A stretch of DNA of 61,008 bases, counting the filler, from Acidimicrobiia bacterium (GTDB lineage Bacteria; Actinomycetota; Acidimicrobiia; Spongiisociales; JAHEDJ01): assembly GCA_029210695.1 (NCBI GenBank). It is 4 parts of 4 records of this genome, joined end to end, with 100 filler letters (N's around TTAATTAATTAA, not from the genome) between each part and the next. Parts side by side here need not be neighbours in the genome. Positions count along the whole stretch, not along the records: positions 1 to 16,070 come from JARGFH010000074.1; 3 more parts are not named here. The stretch is one strand, 5' to 3'. Made by a program: the position numbers and the translations under genes. Within the stretch, counting starts at the first letter, position 1. Every line of letters begins with the position of its first letter. The notes below the pieces were generated by a model. That model made no database searches. It was not told where the DNA came from and was given only the letters and a program-made list of their open reading frames with translations. Positions 1-9,044 of this stretch are shown here, in pieces.

Positions 1-74
1 GTAGTAACCATCAGATTGGCAGAGCCCTCCTAATCAACCGGGAACCCCTACACCCCGCTCAATTCCGAAGCGCC
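1..74 (-). mobile_element. ISL3-family IS end (terminal inverted repeat)
   Basis: Reverse complement starts GGCGCTTCGGAATTGAGCGGGGTGT; identical copy at 31550-31621; matches the end at 60934 (GGCTCATCGGATTTCAGCGGGGTGT) that flanks an ISL3 transposase C-terminus. Confidence 0.8.
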
Positions 75-82
75 AGTTTTCG

Positions 83-1540
83 TCAGTCCAGTTTGATGTG
101 TACTGCTTTCACGCGGCTGAAGCTCCGCATTGCTTCCGTGAAGTCCTTCTTCCGACCCACACCACTCTGTTTGTAGCCACCGAAAGGCAGGCCAAGCTGG
201 CCACCGTTGACGGTATTCACAGCCACCAGGCCTGCTTCGAGACGGGCTGCCATCCGATGGGCGCGACCCAGGTCCTGCGTCCACACTCCGCTGGTCAGGC
301 CATAGTCCACTCCATTGGCGATCTCGATGGCCTCGTCCTCGTCCACAAAGGGGACGACACAAACCACCGGCCCAAAGACCTCCTCTTGCATTATGTCGTC
401 GTCCGGCGACATTCCCGTCAATACCGTTGGCGCAATCCAGTTGCCTTCGGCGAATCGCTCCTCTGTGGGAAGGGACGCCTGAGCGGCGATTGTCGCCCCA
501 TCGTCGACGGCCCGGCGGATATCCGCGGCGATACGTGACTGCTGACGCCGGCTGATCATCGGTCCCACCTCTGAGGCCTCATCGAAGCCTTCGCCGACCA
601 CTATCTTTTCCACTTCTGCGCAGAACTCGTCCATGAACTGCTCGTACACACCTTCTTGGACGAGAATCCGCTCAGTTCCAGAGCAAGCCTGTCCACTATT
701 GAAGAAAGCGCTTCGGCGCATTCCGGTGACGGCCTTGCCAAGGTTGCTGTCGGAGAAGACTAGGGATGCATTCTTGCCCCCCAGTTCCATCATGGTTGGC
801 GTTATCCGTTCCGCAGCAACGGCCAGAATCTTGCTGCCGGTCAGGCTGCTGCCGGTGAAAGTTATGAAGTCCACGCCTGGATGACGAACCAGCTCAACAC
901 CGGGATCAACTCCGCCGGTGACAACGTTGAATACTCCAGAAGGCAGTATCTCAGCTGTCAGCTGTGCAATTCGCAGCGCTGAGAGGGGCGTTTCCGGTGC
1001 CGGCTTCATGACCATGGTATTGCCGGTGGCCAACGCCAGCGCGCAGAAATCGGCAATGTGCATGGGTGGCCAGTTCCAAGGGATCACCGCGGCAACGACG
1101 CCGTAGGGCTCGAAAACGAGCTTGCGGACCTCATCCGGAGTATCGAGGACTGCCTGACCGTAGAACTTGTCGGCCGTCCCGGCGTAAAACCGAAACGTCC
1201 GCTCTGCATTGATTACATCCTTGCCAGCTTGGGATCGGGGCTTGCCGTTCTCCCAGGTTTCGAGGTCGATCAACTCGTCTCGGTGCGCATGGATGCTCTC
1301 GGCAATCTGATAGAGCATCTCGCCCCGCTGCTCGGGCGGCGTCCAGCGCCAGGAACGGAACGCCTCTTGTGCGGCAGCTACGGCGGCGGAGACGTCTTCC
1401 TTGCTGGCGGCGGGAGCTTCGCCCAGAACCTCACCCGTTGCCGGGTTCAGAACCTCGATCGAGGGCGCGTTCCCGGAGATGAACTCCCCGCCGATGAACA
1501 GCTTCCATTCCTCGTAATCCCTGAAAGGGTGCTTGGGCAT
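83..1540 (-). CDS. Aldehyde dehydrogenase
   Basis: PWNWP, FTGS, ELGGKNA, catalytic GQACS, EEVFGP and PFGGYKQSG motifs; 485 aa. Confidence 0.95.
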   Translation of the reverse strand: MPKHPFRDYEEWKLFIGGEFISGNAPSIEVLNPATGEVLGEAPAASKEDVSAAVAAAQEAFRSWRWTPPEQRGEMLYQIAESIHAHRDELIDLETWENGKPRSQAGKDVINAERTFRFYAGTADKFYGQAVLDTPDEVRKLVFEPYGVVAAVIPWNWPPMHIADFCALALATGNTMVMKPAPETPLSALRIAQLTAEILPSGVFNVVTGGVDPGVELVRHPGVDFITFTGSSLTGSKILAVAAERITPTMMELGGKNASLVFSDSNLGKAVTGMRRSAFFNSGQACSGTERILVQEGVYEQFMDEFCAEVEKIVVGEGFDEASEVGPMISRRQQSRIAADIRRAVDDGATIAAQASLPTEERFAEGNWIAPTVLTGMSPDDDIMQEEVFGPVVCVVPFVDEDEAIEIANGVDYGLTSGVWTQDLGRAHRMAARLEAGLVAVNTVNGGQLGLPFGGYKQSGVGRKKDFTEAMRSFSRVKAVHIKLD

Positions 1541-1638
1541 CGTGTTCTTCTCCTGGTCAGAATGATCGGCAATGCCGCTCTGCGACCGTTTGAGCTTGCG
1601 AAGCTCTCAACATCTCCTCCGGCACGGAAATCAAACGT

Positions 1639-2355
1639 TCAGCCGTTGATACCTCCGAGGGTCAGCTTGAACCCGACGGCCACTAGAAGCGCCAGCACCA
1701 CGTATTCGAACGCCTTGCGGGACAGCTTACGCGAGACTCGGACGCCGAGAGGAAACGCAACCAGGACGGGCAGAAGAGCCAGCGCGCTCTCCCCCAACCG
1801 ACTCGCCGTGAAGCTGCCGAGCGACACCAGGGTGACAATCTGGGTGATCCCCAGAACCTCGAACAACAGGGTGATCGAGAACACGTACCCGGAGCGTTCC
1901 ATGCGAAGCCCGTGCAGATACGTCGCCAGGAGGGGGCCGGATATGCCGGTGGCACCCTGGAGTGCTCCGGCCGCCAGGCCTACCGGCCCGACCGTGACGC
2001 GCACCACGCGATCGGGGATCGAGAATCCCGGTCTGAGCAGGAAGATCATCGCGTAGCCGAGGATGACGGCAGCCAGGGCCAGCGACAACCACCGATCCTC
2101 GACTGAGACCAGCAGGAGTGTCCCGGCCACCGCACCGATGATTCCGGTGCCGATCAATACGGAGAGGTAGCGGAGCGAACCCGCTCCCCGCCGGTGTTCC
2201 CAGAGCAGCCAGGTGTTGGTGAGCAGCGCCGGACCGGCGATGACTACGACCGCGTGCTCGACTCCCAGGAAGGCAGCCATCACAGGGATTGCGATGAGCG
2301 GAAGCCCCATCCCGGTGATCCCCTTGATGAAGGCGCCGAGCGACACCGCTCCCAC
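1639..2355 (-). CDS. Sulfite exporter TauE/SafE family membrane protein (start may lie about 27 nt further upstream at a CTG)
   Basis: Two G-x-x-x-G-x-x-G-x-G repeats (GAFIKGITGMG, AGALQGATGISGP); strongly hydrophobic. Confidence 0.85.
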   Translation of the reverse strand: MGAVSLGAFIKGITGMGLPLIAIPVMAAFLGVEHAVVVIAGPALLTNTWLLWEHRRGAGSLRYLSVLIGTGIIGAVAGTLLLVSVEDRWLSLALAAVILGYAMIFLLRPGFSIPDRVVRVTVGPVGLAAGALQGATGISGPLLATYLHGLRMERSGYVFSITLLFEVLGITQIVTLVSLGSFTASRLGESALALLPVLVAFPLGVRVSRKLSRKAFEYVVLALLVAVGFKLTLGGING

Positions 2356-2446
2356 GATCAGAGCGACGTCTGCCGGGTTCAGAGCTTGACTTTCGACGGG
2401 TCGAAGATGGAGCTAAGACGTGAACTCACGTCGACGGAGCCCACGT

Positions 2447-2821
2447 TCATATGTCGTCGTCCTTGATCCAGACGGTCTCCGAAGGAGCGGGGACCCACAG
2501 TTCGATGAAGGTGAACTCCTCGTCGCCCGGATTCTCGAACCAGTGGATCTCGTTCTCGTAGATGAGCGCGACATCGCCCGGACCCAGTTCGATGGCTTCG
2601 TCATCCGCATGGAGGACACCATGTCCGGAAAGGATGAAGAAGAAGTGCTTGCAGTCCCGGTGGTAGTGAGCGGCTGCCGTGTCACCCGGATGGTATGTGA
2701 TCCGATCGGCCTGGAGTTCTTTGGTGCCGAACGTCTCTTCGGTGACGAGATCGATTCTGTCACGGGTATCCCTGGTGGAATGAAGTCTGGGCAGGTCTGC
2801 GAAAGATACGACCCGTGCCAC
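2447..2821 (-). CDS. Cupin domain protein (possible UGA readthrough to 2426)
   Basis: HYH...HFFFILSGHG and GDVALIYENEIHWFEN cupin motifs; RBS AAGGAG upstream. Confidence 0.9.
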   Translation of the reverse strand: MARVVSFADLPRLHSTRDTRDRIDLVTEETFGTKELQADRITYHPGDTAAAHYHRDCKHFFFILSGHGVLHADDEAIELGPGDVALIYENEIHWFENPGDEEFTFIELWVPAPSETVWIKDDDI

Positions 2822-2898
2822 TGAGAAGGCTCCTTACGTCGATCAACGGAAGGTACTAGCCTTGCCTCCCGCCTGCAAACGTTTGTAAGGGAGCAGCA

Positions 2899-3408
2899 AT
2901 GGCCTCAGAACTGATCTCCGCAGAAGAACTCACGAAGCCGCTGGTGCGCCGCAAGAAGCTCTCTGCCCGCAACGACGGCACGATGATGACCGTCATCGAT
3001 ACGGGAGAGTTCGGGCTCATGGTCACGGACGAGCCCATCGCCCACGGCGGAACGGGGGAAGGGCCGTCTCCCCTGCAGGCGGTCCTCGGCGCGCTGTGCG
3101 GATGTGAGTCGGTCACCTTCAATCGCACGGCCACAGAAATGGATTTCGCATACGACGGCATCGACTTCGAAGCGGAGTTCACCATCGATATTCGAGGGCG
3201 GCTCGGGGTGCGTGGAGTGACGCAGCACTTCCAGACCATTCGGGTGCAAGCGACCGTGTACACGACCGAGACCGAAGAGCGGCTGAGGGCGGTCATCACC
3301 GAAACCGAAGCCCGCTGTCCCGTCTACAACCTCATCTCAGACGCAGGCGTCAAACTCGAGGTGCTCTGGGTACACCAGCCACAGCGGAACGAACCGGCCA
3401 CAGCCTGA
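2899..3408 (+). CDS. OsmC/Ohr family protein
   Basis: DEPIAHGGTGEGPSP, ALCGC and EARCPV motifs. Confidence 0.9.
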   Translation: MASELISAEELTKPLVRRKKLSARNDGTMMTVIDTGEFGLMVTDEPIAHGGTGEGPSPLQAVLGALCGCESVTFNRTATEMDFAYDGIDFEAEFTIDIRGRLGVRGVTQHFQTIRVQATVYTTETEERLRAVITETEARCPVYNLISDAGVKLEVLWVHQPQRNEPATA

Positions 3409-3429
3409 CATCCACCACCCTCGAACCAA

Positions 3430-4404
3430 TCAATCCATCGTCGTTCGGACCGTCTCGTAGATCCGCTCGACGGATGGTAGAGCGAGATCCTCCAGTGCCT
3501 CAGCCGACGGCAGCGGGATGTGGGGAGTCGTGATCCGAACCACCGGACCATCGAGATCCCAGAAAGCCTCTTCCGCCACGATTGAGGCAACTTCGGCACC
3601 CCACCCACACAAGCGAGGGTTCTCTTCGACCGTGAAGAGGTGTCCCGTTTTGACCACGGAGCCGAGAATCGCCCGGGTGTCGAGCGGCACGAGCGACCGC
3701 AGGTCGATCACCTCGGCAGAAATGCCGTCTTCGGCCAGTCGGTCGGCTGCCTGGAGCGCTCGGGGGACCATCAAAGCCAGGGCGGCAATCGTGCAGTCGG
3801 AGCCGGTGCGGACGGTGGTTGCCTTGCCGAGCTCGTCGACGATCTCGCCGCTCGGAACCTCTCCCTTGGTGGCGAAGAGTGACTTGTGCTCGAAGAACAC
3901 AACGGGATCGGGATCTCGCACCGCGGCAGCCATGAGGCCGATCACATCGGCAGGGTTGGACGGGGCTACCACCTTCAGACCGGGGATCATCATGCACCAG
4001 TTCTCGACGCTCTGGCTGTGCTGTGCGCCAAAACGGGACCCGGCCCCGTTGGCAGTGCGAATGACCACCGGGACGGTCACCTGACCGCCGGTCATGTACC
4101 GGCTCTTCGCCATCTCGTTGGCGACGATGTCGAAACATACCGCCAGGAAGTCGGAGAACATGATCTCGGCGATGACGGGAATCCCGGTCATCGCGGCTCC
4201 CATCGCGGCCCCAAGTATCGCTTGCTCGGAAATCGGCGTGTCCCGGATGCGCTTCGGCCCGAACTCGTCGAGCAGCCCGACCGTGGTCTTGAATACCCCA
4301 CCCGCACCGGCGATGTCCTCACCCAGCATGACGAGGTTCGGGTCACGTCGCATCTCCTGGGCGATCCCGAGGGAAACGGCGTCCCGATAGCTCAGTTGCG
4401 CCAC
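3430..4404 (-). CDS. ThDP-dependent dehydrogenase E1 beta subunit (acetoin/2-oxoacid dehydrogenase type)
   Basis: GEDIA, DTPISE, AQHSQS, FFEHK, EVIDLRSLVPLD; GTG start after GGAGG. Confidence 0.95.
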   Translation of the reverse strand: MAQLSYRDAVSLGIAQEMRRDPNLVMLGEDIAGAGGVFKTTVGLLDEFGPKRIRDTPISEQAILGAAMGAAMTGIPVIAEIMFSDFLAVCFDIVANEMAKSRYMTGGQVTVPVVIRTANGAGSRFGAQHSQSVENWCMMIPGLKVVAPSNPADVIGLMAAAVRDPDPVVFFEHKSLFATKGEVPSGEIVDELGKATTVRTGSDCTIAALALMVPRALQAADRLAEDGISAEVIDLRSLVPLDTRAILGSVVKTGHLFTVEENPRLCGWGAEVASIVAEEAFWDLDGPVVRITTPHIPLPSAEALEDLALPSVERIYETVRTTMD

Positions 4405-5465
4405 GAGGCACCTCCATCCGACCACACGTCTACGAACAGTTGATCGGCCGCGGGCACGGCCCCCTGCTTGGCAAACTCGGTCGCCTCCTCAACGCGTTCC
4501 GCCACCGATTGCTGAATGGCACTGAGTTCCGATTCAGAAACGCCCAGCTCGAGGAGCCTCTGGTGGTACATCGGGATCGGATCTCGCTCGAGCCACGCCT
4601 CGACCTCCTCGGCGGGCCTGTACTTACCGGGATCTGCCCGGCTGTGGCCCCCATGCCGGTAGGTCACGGCTTCGACGAGCGATGGTCCGGCTCCGCGCCG
4701 GGCTCGATCGAAGACAGAGGTCGCCACTTCGTACACCGCGTCGGCGTCGTTGCCATCCACGATGATGCGGTCGAGCCCGTAGGCGGCCGCCCGATCCGCG
4801 GCGGGGTTAGGAACGGCCGACACGAGGTCGATCGGCGTGTACTCCATGTAGAGGTTGTTCTCACAAACAAACACGACCGGGAGGTCCCAGATCACTGCGA
4901 AGTTGAGCGCCTCGTGGAAGGCGCCGATGTTGGTGGTTCCGTCCCCGAAGAAGGCGACGGCAACCTGGTCGGTGCCGCGCATCTGCGCCGACCAGGCGGC
5001 GCCGTTGGCGATGCAGAGATGTGCGCCGATGATCGCATACGACCCCATCATTCCATGCTCGACCGACGTGAGGTGCATCGAGCCGCCCTTACCTTTGAGA
5101 ATGCCGTTCTCCCGACCGAGCAACTCCGCCATCACCGGCCCGAGGGGCGCCCCGCGGGCGATGGTATGGGCGTGACCCCGGTAGGTGGCGAAGGTGTAGT
5201 CGTCGGAGTGCATCGCTCTGCCGAACCCGGTAGCCACAGCCTCCATCCCCAACGAAAGGTGGCTCGTGCCCTTGACCAGGTTCTCCATGAAGAGGTCGTA
5301 GGCGCGTTTCTCGAACTGCCGCAGCGATTGCTGGAGTTCGTACATATCGAGGCGGACGTCGACGGGAATGTCTAGATCCGCGTTGGCGCGGTCGACCGGA
5401 TCCGGCAACCGGGCAGCTCGCTGCCCGTAGTCGTAGAGACCCGGCTCTTCGATCTCAGTACTCAT
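4392..5465 (-). CDS. ThDP-dependent dehydrogenase E1 alpha subunit
   Basis: YRGH, GKGGSMH, ThDP-binding FGDG...ENN, YRHGGHS. Confidence 0.95.
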   Translation of the reverse strand: MSTEIEEPGLYDYGQRAARLPDPVDRANADLDIPVDVRLDMYELQQSLRQFEKRAYDLFMENLVKGTSHLSLGMEAVATGFGRAMHSDDYTFATYRGHAHTIARGAPLGPVMAELLGRENGILKGKGGSMHLTSVEHGMMGSYAIIGAHLCIANGAAWSAQMRGTDQVAVAFFGDGTTNIGAFHEALNFAVIWDLPVVFVCENNLYMEYTPIDLVSAVPNPAADRAAAYGLDRIIVDGNDADAVYEVATSVFDRARRGAGPSLVEAVTYRHGGHSRADPGKYRPAEEVEAWLERDPIPMYHQRLLELGVSESELSAIQQSVAERVEEATEFAKQGAVPAADQLFVDVWSDGGASWRN

Positions 5466-6780
5466 TGGCCACCGGCAGCTCCTCACAGGGGAACAGCGTG
5501 ATCACCTTCGGACCTTCTGCGGTGACCACAACTTCCTCCTCGATCCTGGCGGCGGACCGACCATCTGCGGCCGGTGCGTACGTCTCGAGGGCGAACACCA
5601 TGCCCTCCTTGATCTCAACAGGATCGTCGAGCGAGTTCAGCCTGGAGATGATCGGGCGTTCGTGTAGTCCGACTCCGACTCCATGGCCGAACTGAAGCCC
5701 GAAGGCGTCCATTTCGTCAACGAACCCGAACTCCTCAGCCTTCGGCCAGATCCTGGCGATCTGATCGGTTGTGTTGCCGGGTTTGACGAGGTCGAGGGCG
5801 GCGTCCATCCACTCGCGGGATTGTTTGAATGCATCCCGCTGCGCCTGTGTAGCTCGCCCAACTGCAAACGTCCTGTAGTAGCAGGTCCGGTAGCCGTTGA
5901 ACACGTGGATGATGTCGAAGTACGCCTGGTCGCCCGGTCGGATCAGGCGATCGGAGAACACGTGGGGATGGGGACTGCATCGTTCACCGGAGATCGAGTT
6001 GATGGCCTCGACGAACTCCGAGCCCATTTCAAACAGTCGGGCGTGAGCGAGGGCCACGACGTCGCTCTCGCGGACTCCCGGCTTGAGGAACTCGAGGATG
6101 TCCTGATAGACACCATCCACCATCGCACAGGCCTGCGTTAGAAGCATGATCTCGTCGGGGCTCTTGATCTCTCGTGCCATCGCCATCGCCTGCTGCCCAT
6201 CGGTTACGTCGAGCCCGGCGCCCTGAAGCGCCAAGAAGACCGATGTCTCGGCCATATCGACGCCCAGGGGTTCATTGACAACCCCTTCTTCGCGCAGCGC
6301 CGCGGCGATTTCATCAGCCACGCGTTTGGTCAGTCCGGTGGCCGGCCCGATTGCGCCCTGAAGGCCCGCATTTCCGCCGATCGAGTTCTTTTCGTCGTAG
6401 AGGGAAGGAAGCTGGAGTCGATGAGCCTTGGCCGCCGACCCGAAGTCCCAAACACGGGGGCGACCGTTGCGCGTTATCAACGCCCAGCGCTCACCCTTGT
6501 TGAAGGCCCAGTATCCGATGTTCGTAGCGGTCGCATACCGGATGTTGGAGGTCTCAAAGAGGAGCAGCGCCCCTAGGCCGAAGACCTCGAGTTGCTCGCG
6601 GATCCGGGCGAGTCGGTAGTCGCGCAGGCGGCCAAATTCGACTCGCTCCTCCCAGTCGACTCCCATGATTCCCGGTGACGGCGTAGTTGCTACGGGGAAT
6701 TCGCTCACGGCGACATCCTCTCTCGGAACGTCCAGGGGCGGACGTTCGGGATTGTGGTTCGTCTTGTTCTCATCTGTCAA
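5455..6780 (-). CDS. M24 (creatinase/Xaa-Pro peptidase-like) hydrolase
   Basis: Creatinase-type N-domain, REIKSPDEI, GHGVGVGLHE, GMVFALET, RIEEEVVV. Confidence 0.9.
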   Translation of the reverse strand: MTDENKTNHNPERPPLDVPREDVAVSEFPVATTPSPGIMGVDWEERVEFGRLRDYRLARIREQLEVFGLGALLLFETSNIRYATATNIGYWAFNKGERWALITRNGRPRVWDFGSAAKAHRLQLPSLYDEKNSIGGNAGLQGAIGPATGLTKRVADEIAAALREEGVVNEPLGVDMAETSVFLALQGAGLDVTDGQQAMAMAREIKSPDEIMLLTQACAMVDGVYQDILEFLKPGVRESDVVALAHARLFEMGSEFVEAINSISGERCSPHPHVFSDRLIRPGDQAYFDIIHVFNGYRTCYYRTFAVGRATQAQRDAFKQSREWMDAALDLVKPGNTTDQIARIWPKAEEFGFVDEMDAFGLQFGHGVGVGLHERPIISRLNSLDDPVEIKEGMVFALETYAPAADGRSAARIEEEVVVTAEGPKVITLFPCEELPVANEY

Positions 6781-6825
6781 AGCGGGAAGAGACGTCGCCC
6801 GTCTCGTCGACCGGGCCTCGCATTG

Positions 6826-7770
6826 TCACCCGCCGGCAATCTCGGGATGTTCGGGCTCCAGGCCGTCTGAAACCGGCCGGTTCTCAGACTTCAACTCCAT
6901 CCCGGCGGCATCCGCCTCCATCTGAAGCAGCGCGGCGAAGTCCCCCTCACCGAGACCTCGCGCGATCAACTCAACGACGATTTGATGGACCAGCGCCGAG
7001 GTAGGCATCGGCACATCGTATTGCCGGGCGGCCTCGAGGCCGAGCTCGAAATCCTTGCGGAGCAGATGACCGGTGAAGGTCGGTGTCATGTCGAGATTGA
7101 CGAAGGCCGGAGTTTTGTACTGGCTGAACAACGACCCCATCACGCTGCCGTTGATGAAGTCGAGGAAGTCCGCCCGGGCCACGCCCGCCCTCTCTGCCAG
7201 CACCGTGATCTCGGCAAGTGTCTGGGTGTAGATGCCGAGCAGTAGGTTGTGACAGATCTTCACGAGTCGGGCCGAATCGCCTTCTCCGACATAGGTCACT
7301 TTCGAGCCGTACAGGGCGAGATAAGGCTGTGCCTGTTCGTAGGCGTGGCGTGGGCCCGAAACCACAGACGTCAACTTGCCCGAGCGAACAACGTGCGGAT
7401 TGCCGCTGACCGGAGCGGCCAGTAACGCCGCTCCTCTCGCCTCGACGGCCTTCTGCACCTCCGCAGACGCCGCAGCCGACACCGTCGATGAATCGACCAC
7501 CACCCGGGGGGTTACGTCTGTTCGCGAGAGGAGGCCGCTCGGTCCGTTCACGACTTCAATCAGATCGGCCGGACCGGCCACCATCACAAATACGATATCG
7601 CGGTCGGCCAGATCGGCCGGCGAGTCAACGACCTTGGCACCGAGGTCGGCAAGCGGTTCTGCTTTTGAACGGGTTCGATTGAACACCGATACGTCGTGAC
7701 CTGCGCGGAGCAATCGCTCAGCCAGCGCGAAGCCCATTCTTCCAGTTCCAATCCATCCAAGCGTTGTCAT
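6826..7770 (-). CDS. NAD(P)-dependent beta-hydroxyacid dehydrogenase (3-HIBADH/6PGDH family)
   Basis: GWIGTGRMG, FNRT, AAPVSG, KICHN, LRKDF. Confidence 0.9.
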   Translation of the reverse strand: MTTLGWIGTGRMGFALAERLLRAGHDVSVFNRTRSKAEPLADLGAKVVDSPADLADRDIVFVMVAGPADLIEVVNGPSGLLSRTDVTPRVVVDSSTVSAAASAEVQKAVEARGAALLAAPVSGNPHVVRSGKLTSVVSGPRHAYEQAQPYLALYGSKVTYVGEGDSARLVKICHNLLLGIYTQTLAEITVLAERAGVARADFLDFINGSVMGSLFSQYKTPAFVNLDMTPTFTGHLLRKDFELGLEAARQYDVPMPTSALVHQIVVELIARGLGEGDFAALLQMEADAAGMELKSENRPVSDGLEPEHPEIAGG

Positions 7771-7882
7771 ATCGTCCCTTCCGGCAGCGCCGCTTCGCTT
7801 TCGCTCCGGCGCCACTGCAAACGATTGTTGTCACGCACCGGTTCGATGTCAAGTGAGCCCCGAACGACCAGCGCAGCCGGTG

Positions 7883-8923
7883 CTAGGGCTCGATGACCGC
7901 TCTCCCGATTACCTCCCGGGCAGCGACCTGTCGGTGCAATTCCTCGGCATCCTCCAGCCCGTACCCGGTGGCTACAACCGGCGATACTCGCCCATCGGCG
8001 GTTAGCGCCACGACGTCCCTGAGTTCACTCTTCGAAACGTTCCGCGAGCCGAGGATCTCCCACTCGTTGGCATAGATGGTGAGTGTGTCGAGCGGGAACT
8101 CTCGCCCGGTGTGAGATCCGACGATGACCATCCTGCCGCCCTTGGCGAGCGCTTTCAGGCTCTGGGGCATGGTGGCGGGGCCGACGAGCTCGAGCACACC
8201 GTCCACTCCGAGGCCGCCGGTCCACTCGAGGGCTATCTCTGAGAATTCCCGTTCCCCGGGGTCGACGGCGAGATGGGCTCCGTAGCGCAACGCTGCCTCA
8301 AGCTTCTGTTGCCCGAGGTCGACAGCCATCACGAACGCGCCCATGGCTCTCGCCACCTGGATCGCGTGGATGCCGACCCCTCCTCCGGCGCCTGTGATGA
8401 TCACGTGTTCGGCCGGACCTAGTCGCATCCGCTTCGCGAACGCGTGATACGGAGTACCTACTGCGTTGGCCAGTACTGATCCTTGCGCGAAACCAATCGT
8501 GTCCGGCAAAGACACGAGGTTGACCGCCGGCACGGTCGTGTACTCGGCATATCCACCCGGTGTCTCGATCCCGATATATCCCCTGAAGTCTTCGCAGATC
8601 GTTTCGCGGCCGCTCAAACACTTCCTGCAGTTTCCACACGTCAGGTAGAGAGTGGATACAACCCGATCGCCAACGCGCCATCCTTCGACGGAAGCCCCCA
8701 GCGCCGCTACCTCGCCGGCAATCTCATGCCCGAGGACCAGGGGAACCGTCGCATTCGCACGCTTTCCCGCCCTGATGGTGAGATCGAATTGATCGACCGC
8801 ACACGCCCGAACCCGGAGAAGCACATCGTCGGACCCGAGAACCGGAACAGGCACCTCCTCCAGGACGAGGGGTCCATCGAACTCGTGCAGGACGAGTGCT
8901 TTCATACTCGACGGGAGCGTCAT
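7883..8923 (-). CDS. Zinc-binding alcohol dehydrogenase (MDR family)
   Basis: LGHEIAGEV, CGNCRKCLSGRETIC structural Zn site, GAGGGVG. Confidence 0.92.
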   Translation of the reverse strand: MTLPSSMKALVLHEFDGPLVLEEVPVPVLGSDDVLLRVRACAVDQFDLTIRAGKRANATVPLVLGHEIAGEVAALGASVEGWRVGDRVVSTLYLTCGNCRKCLSGRETICEDFRGYIGIETPGGYAEYTTVPAVNLVSLPDTIGFAQGSVLANAVGTPYHAFAKRMRLGPAEHVIITGAGGGVGIHAIQVARAMGAFVMAVDLGQQKLEAALRYGAHLAVDPGEREFSEIALEWTGGLGVDGVLELVGPATMPQSLKALAKGGRMVIVGSHTGREFPLDTLTIYANEWEILGSRNVSKSELRDVVALTADGRVSPVVATGYGLEDAEELHRQVAAREVIGRAVIEP

Positions 8924-9044
8924 GACACAACTACCTCCACCAGGATTTCCTTGTTCACCGGATCTCCAAACGATTGCAGTGAATGCTAACTACGGACATC
9001 CAAGAGCGGCGAAGTAATGAGTTTCCTCGGCGCCGCGCACGGAG

